Positions 62,282 through 64,000 of a stretch of 64,000 nucleotides of DNA are shown in pieces (within the stretch, counting starts at the first letter, position 1; the number at the start of each line of letters is the position of its first letter). Origin of the DNA: Vermamoeba vermiformis (lineage: Eukaryota). Location of the stretch: positions 186,001 to 250,000 of the forward strand of contig JBEWZL010000227.1 in assembly GCA_045837725.1 (NCBI GenBank). The letters are read 5' to 3'. The notes under the pieces were generated by a model that saw only the letters and a program-made list of their open reading frames with translations, did no database searches and was not told where the DNA came from. The position numbers and the translations under genes are program-made.

Positions 62282-64000
62282 CTAGTTCGCGATGAAAGAG
62301 TACAAAATCGTCGCTGCAAAGATAATCAAGCTTTGCGGTCCGATAGTGTTTGAACCTGAAACGGCTATTGGGGTGTTGGACACAGGCGGGGCAGTAGGAC
62401 TGGCGACTGGGCTGGCAGGAGGGCTGGGTGAAGAGTCATATCGATTGCCGCGCACTTCAACTCCTGTTGGCGTTGGTGTGATGTTTTTGATGTTCGTGTT
62501 GGGATCGTAGCCTTGCAACAAGTCCTCGTCAACCTCCGTGCTGTTGCGCTTGTAATCTCCGACTGCTGATCTGTTAATGAAAATCAACGTCAGAACGATG
62601 TCGCCAAAAAATGACATGTTGACACGTGTCACTTTAGAATTTTTTCGCGCTTGTATCTGAAAACGATCATAATGCTTCAAATCGGATCTTAGTCCGATTA
62701 TGATTCCGGTTTGCATATGACGCGTGTCAAAATAATCAAATTATCTTACTGAACGGCTTCGGCAGGAGTTGGTTCTGAAGCTTCAGTTTCATCTAAAAAG
62801 CTACTATTAAAACGGTACAAAAATGAAACGGCCCTGGATCTTGTACGTACTAGCCGGTGCAATGGTAACAATGACGTCATATCTATTGTAATTGGTGGCC
62901 CGTTTTGCAGGAAGAGGGCCGGCAGTTTGAATCGCTTCAGTCGTCAATCGATCAACAGAAATGTTGTACCTGCATAATGATCCTTAGACACTTGTTGTTG
63001 AAGACCGGACATTGCTTACCTTCGCGCAAAGTTGTTCCCGAAGACGTTTCCGTTATCAAGGTAACCTGGTGTTATAACGTCCTCAACGAAGCCAAGAGCT
63101 AATGTGAGATTTTGTTAGTAAAAGATATCACACGTCTGTCCGCAAGTTTGACGTACATGTCGGGCACAAGACGGCAGTAATGTTCGTCAAATCGACGGTC
63201 AAGTTGTACGAGCCGAGGACCCAGTTGATTTGAGTTACAGTTGTAGGGATTGTCGTGACATAGGGCGAGAGAGGATACGTCAGAGTTGAACCAACGGCGA
63301 ACTGTTGAGGTCGGTCGGTCTTTTCATAAAAATAATGTGTTAGTACGGTCGTTAGCAACGTCTTCTGAAAGGTTCCGTGAAATTTCCGACAAAAGACTTA
63401 CAGCAAGGGTGCTAGGTGTAAACAAGTTTGCATTGCCATGTTGCAAGGTCTGAACAACACTATCTTCATTGATAAAGCTGAAGTGGAGATTGTAACCGTT
63501 GTTCGATGTTTCAACACAATCGAGCACAGGCACCACATTTGGCAAGCCGCAGGTACCTTGATATCCAGTCAAACCATACAAGCAGCGACAATTAGCACCA
63601 CAGTTGGCACCTCCGTCGCATTCCTCGTTTAGTTCGAGTTGACCGTTGCCACAGAACGTCAAAACTTGTTGCCAAATGTCACCTCTCAGAGGATTTTTGG
63701 CGACAACTAAAAGATCACCACCAAGCATTGGAACGAATCGCAAATAATGCAAATCGCTGGCAACTAGGTATACAACAGATTAATAAGAGTTAACGTGTAA
63801 TAATCGAAAGTCGTACTGGAGTACTGGATCGGGCTTGCAGAAAATGCCGTAAGTTCGCCATTGAAGCTATAAGTACCAGTGTGATCTGAATATGGTTAAA
63901 ATTTTAAGAGTTGAAATGAAATTTCATGTTTTACGTACAAGCCAAGTGAAAGGAGTTGTCGCTGATGTTGGCATAACGGTAGGCGATAAATGTGCTCACG
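62282..64000 (-). CDS. Paralogous secreted/GPI-type surface protein, 3' part
   Basis: QVLTFCGNGQLELNEECDG..CRCLYG..PNVVPVLDCVE, W.LGSYNLTVD, a PASP stalk and a hydrophobic tail. Convergent with the 59717 gene. The 5' end lies outside the window. Confidence 0.8.

Overview
Gene-dense eukaryotic genomic DNA. It is moderately AT-rich, uses the standard code and has many short (about 50-400 nt) GT-AG introns. Gene content suggests a free-living protist, probably an amoebozoan; this is inference and no species can be named. About 27 protein-coding genes can be reconstructed by hand. They include LKB1/STK11 and PKB/Akt kinases, two tandem ABCC transporters, a membrane-anchored purple-acid-phosphatase-like gene, PPR, makorin and TMEM65-like genes, several F-box/LRR/ankyrin proteins, two divergent actin-like paralogs and two tail-to-tail GPI-type surface proteins. 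No RNA genes or CRISPR arrays were recognised. Main highlights: (1) a ~2.7 kb segment (44150-46890) bounded by bipartite inverted repeats, carrying a TET/JBP-family 2OG-Fe(II) dioxygenase with all TET signature residues plus an unknown convergent ORF, which is a candidate non-autonomous element with a DNA-modifying cargo; (2) an apparent in-frame chimera of an SR-protein front end, an ERI1-family DEDDh exonuclease and a CX5R phosphatase-like domain; (3) a shared C-terminal F-box-like module on a pseudokinase and two LRR proteins; (4) several apparent pseudoenzymes. Exon boundaries were read by eye and are approximate. Sequence at about 44640-45400 looks low quality.
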